Shown here piece by piece: positions 60,938-64,000 of a stretch of DNA of 64,000 nt. Numbering within the stretch: position 1 is the first letter of the stretch; each line of letters begins with the position of its first letter. The DNA is taken from assembly GCA_965262925.1 (NCBI GenBank), contig CBDHGC010000004.1, forward strand, positions 6,935,339-6,999,338. Direction: 5' to 3'. The notes under the pieces were generated by a model. It saw only the letters and a list, made by a program, of their open reading frames with translations, did no database searches and was not told the DNA's origin. A program made the translations under genes and the position numbers. This DNA comes from Vicinamibacterales bacterium (lineage in GTDB: Bacteria > Acidobacteriota > Vicinamibacteria > Vicinamibacterales > UBA8438).

Positions 60938-61845
60938 GCCTCAGAGAGCTGACAGAGGCAGCGCCCGAGCACATCGACGCCCGCGCCCATCTCGGAAGCG
61001 TGCTACTGGAGAGCGAGCAGCTACAGGAAGCCGCAGCCGAGTACGAGAGGGCCTTTGAGATCGGTAGCAAGGCCCTGCTAACCGATTTCGACGGACGGGT
61101 CGAGTGGATCCGACTCGACAACCGGCCGTTCCTGCGAGCAGCGTACGGGTTGGCCCTCGTACGACTGAAAACGGGAAAACGGACCGAAGCCATACGCCTG
61201 ATGGAGCAGCTGCTCCGGTGGAATCCGAACGACAACCAGGGCGTGCGCCTGAGCATCGGCTCCGAGTACCTGCGGGCCGGACACCGGGCCAAGGCCGGCA
61301 GGGTTCTGAGGGAACACGCCGACGAGTACCCGCCGTACCGCTTCGAGCTCGGCCTGCTCCACCTCCAGAAACAGAAGTGGGCCGAGGCGGCGACCGGCCT
61401 GCGGCGCGGCTTCGTCGACAATCCGTACATCGCGGAAATCCTCTGCCGCAATCCGGACCCGATGCCGCTGCCAATCTGGGAGGGCAGCAACTGGCAAGGG
61501 ACGGAAACTGCCAAGGAGTACGTCCGGGAGTACGGAGAATTGTGGCGCCGGACCGCAGACGCTCTCGAATTTGTGCGGTGGCTGCACATGCATCCACGCG
61601 TGATGGCTGAGCGAGCGGCAGTCATCGAGTGCCGGCAGGAACTGCTCTGGGAGAACGACTACAACGGCAGAGGACCAATCCTGGACCGGGAACGAGCGGT
61701 GTATAGCGGTATTGAGTCAACGATGTCCAGAGAGATCATCAAGACCCGCACGGACCGAAGCGGCCAGCCCATGGCGCCTTGGAAGAACCCGCGGGCGCGA
61801 GAATGGCCCTCCGTGCACTACGAACCGGGTCTTGGTGCCGTATGA
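60938..61845 (+). pseudogene. 3' part of the TPR-like protein gene
   Basis: RLRELTEAAPEHIDARAHLGSVLLESEQLQEAAAEYERAFEIG...AYGLALVRLKTGKRTEAIRLMEQLLRWNPNDNQG. Helical-repeat pattern (ORF 60913..61845). Confidence 0.7.
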
Positions 61846-62249
61846 ACTGGGCTGCCGGCCGGGCAATATCCGGCAGGCCGAGTGGTAACGGGGGACGGGC
61901 CGGGATCGCGATACCCTCGAGAACTGCAGTTCGTCGAAGGCGAAACGGACGAAGAAGAGGCGGGGTCGAGCCAGGTCGAGCCGGCACGCGCAGAGTGGGT
62001 CATCGGCGAGTCGGTTTCGCTCGACTCGGGGTGGGAACGCCGCCGAGATACGTGCAGCGGTCAAGTATTCTCAGCAAGCGGGGGCCGAAGCGGGGGCCGC
62101 TGTGAGAGAATTCGGCGCATTGCGCCGGTAGCGAAACAGACTTCGCCGGCCGGCCGGCCGGCCGGCGGTCGGCGGTGGTAGTGGATGTTCGTGTGTTTCG
62201 GGGGACTGGCGCGATCTGTGGCGGATCGCATCGAAGGAAGCAGGTCACG

Positions 62250-62516
62250 ATGTCGAAGAGCGGAATCCTGGACGCGCTACGGAACGAGGAGCAGTCGCTC
62301 AGGAGGCAACTCGTTGCCATTCAGCGTGCAATCGAGGCGATAGAAGGGACCACGCCGCCGGCCGCCGACCGCGGCACGAAGCAGGCGCCCAAGGCGGTCG
62401 CGAAGCGGAAGCGTGCGATGACGGAGGAACAGCGCAAGGCGGTCGCCGAGCGGATGCGGAACTACTGGGCCTCGCGGCGAGCGGCCAAGGCGCAGGAGGA
62501 AACGCCGAAGAAGTGA
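62250..62516 (+). CDS. Small basic coiled-coil protein
   Basis: RBS GAAGGAAGCAGG, ATG 62250. MSKSGILDALRNEEQSLRRQLVAIQRAIEAIEG...KRKRAMTEEQRKAVAERMRNYWASRRAAK. 4-nt overlap with the XRE gene. Confidence 0.55.
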   Translation: MSKSGILDALRNEEQSLRRQLVAIQRAIEAIEGTTPPAADRGTKQAPKAVAKRKRAMTEEQRKAVAERMRNYWASRRAAKAQEETPKK

Positions 62517-62785
62517 CGCAGCGTGCGCTGGCCGGTTCTGGCGTCGGTGGCCCGAGTCTCACCGAGCAGCAACTCGCGGTGCTCCGATCGGAGCCGGGTT
62601 CCAATCGCGTGGCAAGAGCGATGGCGCTGACCGGCGTCACGCAGGTGAACCTCGCGAAGGCCCTCGGGCTGACGCAGTCCTACGTCAGCGATGTCGCCCG
62701 CGGGCGCTACCGGACGATTACGGTGGAGAACGCAAGGAAGTTCGCCTCCTACTTCGGTTGCCGTATCGAGGATCTGTTCCCGTGA
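62513..62785 (+). CDS. XRE-family helix-turn-helix regulator
   Basis: VTQVNLAKALGLTQSYVSDVARGRYRTITVENARKFASYFGCRIEDLF. Confidence 0.8.
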   Translation: MTQRALAGSGVGGPSLTEQQLAVLRSEPGSNRVARAMALTGVTQVNLAKALGLTQSYVSDVARGRYRTITVENARKFASYFGCRIEDLFP

Positions 62786-63008
62786 CCCCGCCGAACGTCG
62801 GAATGAACGAGAACGGACCCTTGAAGGGGCCCGCTGCCCGGCAGTCGGGAATCTCACGACGCCGGTCTGGGCCGCCGGGCAGACCGCAAGAAACCCGCTG
62901 GGATCCACCCCGTCGCGGAACCTGGACAGGCTGCCGAACCCGCTGTCGTCGCCCGCTCGGGCGTTCTGCGCGACGAGCACGAGATCCTCGATTGAGATGA
63001 CGCCGACC

Positions 63009-63091
63009 CGACGGCGCTCGTCGGCTCAATCGCTCATCGCCAAAGCTGCCTGAATAGGCCAGCTCAGCAAACAGACTTCTTCCACGGGCTG
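63009..63091. repeat. Dispersed ~82-bp repeat, copy 2
   Basis: See 8781..8862. Confidence 0.85.
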
Positions 63092-63303
63092 GTAGACTTT
63101 GAGTTGCCGCGGGCCGTTTCTCCATGTCGGTGCAGCGAGAGATCAGGGGGATTGGATGATTAGAGGGTAGTGAGCTGGAACGTCGACAAAGCGCGAGAAG
63201 CCGTGGAGGGAACTGGTTCGAATGGCCCGCGAAGGTGGCGCGGACTTAGGAGAGTGCGCTGAATTAGATTGCCATCTTGTGGGATTCCGGTCATAGTCGC
63301 GGC

Positions 63304-64000
63304 ATGAGGCGAGACGTGGAGTTGGAAGCCACCATCGTCGGAAAGTACAGCGCGGTAGCGCCGGTGTTGGACGAGCGTAGTCGCCGGCGGTGGGCAGCGG
63401 CCGAGTCGGCGGCGATTGGCTATGGCGGCGACGCGCTGGTGTCGTCGGCCGCCGGTCTGGCGCGGGAGACGATCCGCAATGGACGCCGCGAGATCGCAAG
63501 AGGTGAACCGCCGACGAGCCGCATTCGGGCTCCGGGCGCCGGACGTCCGGGAATCGAGCAGGACCAGCCGGGTGTTCTGGCGGCCCTTGAAGCGCTCGTA
63601 GATCCGCTGACGCGCGGGGACCCGACACCGCCGCTACGGTGGACGTGCAAGAGCCGCGCGAAACTGGCGGCGGCGCTGTCCGAGCAGGGATGGCGCGTGA
63701 GCTCGACCACGGTGGGTCGGCTGCTCCACCGCTTGGGCTACCGATTGCAGTCGGTGCGCAAACGGCAGGAAGGCACGGTCCATCCGGACCGCAACGAGCA
63801 GTTCGAGCACATCAATGCGACGGCGGACCGGTTTCTGGCCACCGGACAGGCGGTGATCTCGGTCGACACCAAGAAGAAGGAGCTGGTCGGGAACTTTTCG
63901 AATGCGGGCCGGGAATGGCAGCCGAAGGCGACGCCGCCCGCGGTGCGGGTGCACGATTTCCCGAGCGACGCGGAGGGGAAGGCGATTCCGTACGGCGTCT
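63304..64000 (+). CDS. ISAzo13-family transposase, N-terminal 232 aa (runs off the window)
   Basis: Not in the ORF track because there is no stop. My translation from ATG 63304: MRRDVELEATIVGKYSAVAPVLDERSRRRWAAAESAAIGYGGDALVSSAAGLARETIRNGRREI...TRGDPTPPLRWTCKSRAKLAAALSEQGWRVSSTTVGRLLHRLGYRLQSVRKRQEGTVHPDRNEQFEHIN...ISVDTKKKELVGNFSNAGREW. Confidence 0.8.
   Translation, partial: MRRDVELEATIVGKYSAVAPVLDERSRRRWAAAESAAIGYGGDALVSSAAGLARETIRNGRREIARGEPPTSRIRAPGAGRPGIEQDQPGVLAALEALVDPLTRGDPTPPLRWTCKSRAKLAAALSEQGWRVSSTTVGRLLHRLGYRLQSVRKRQEGTVHPDRNEQFEHINATADRFLATGQAVISVDTKKKELVGNFSNAGREWQPKATPPAVRVHDFPSDAEGKAIPYGV

Overview
High-GC accessory or mosaic DNA. By my coordinates about 24 kb (~37%) is mobile DNA. 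The rest is mostly truncated, frameshifted or insertion-split genes. Mobile elements found: an IS5-family IS with an A8 frameshift site, an IS256 fragment, an IS66-family transposase, and three copies of a 1.93-kb IS5/IS1182-like IS, each with its own 4-bp target site duplication (TSD). Also an IS4-like IS, a full IS256-like IS, a probable group II intron 5' fragment and a partial ISAzo13-like transposase. A 10.4-kb IS21-like element holds three secondary insertions, and there are two copies of a 2.4-kb Tn5-like IS. Plasmid/ICE-type backbone remnants: type IA topoisomerase, truncated parA plus a ribbon-helix-helix (RHH) partner, tandem MobC-like RHH genes beside a perfect hairpin, RecD2-type helicase, vapBC, and a phage portal fragment. 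The most interesting item is a translationally coupled minus-strand operon: GHKL ATPase, a 326-aa protein, a 235-aa protein, a C5 DNA methyltransferase, then a vsr remnant. It only becomes visible when the 10.4-kb IS nest is removed in silico. I could not assign its three non-methylase proteins to any nuclease or named defence family. A second unusual item is a polypeptide with three tandem Lon-type AAA+ modules and no protease domain. Many reading frames break at short homopolymers, so real gene decay and sequencing or assembly error cannot be separated from the sequence alone. No rRNA, tRNA or CRISPR array was seen by eye.
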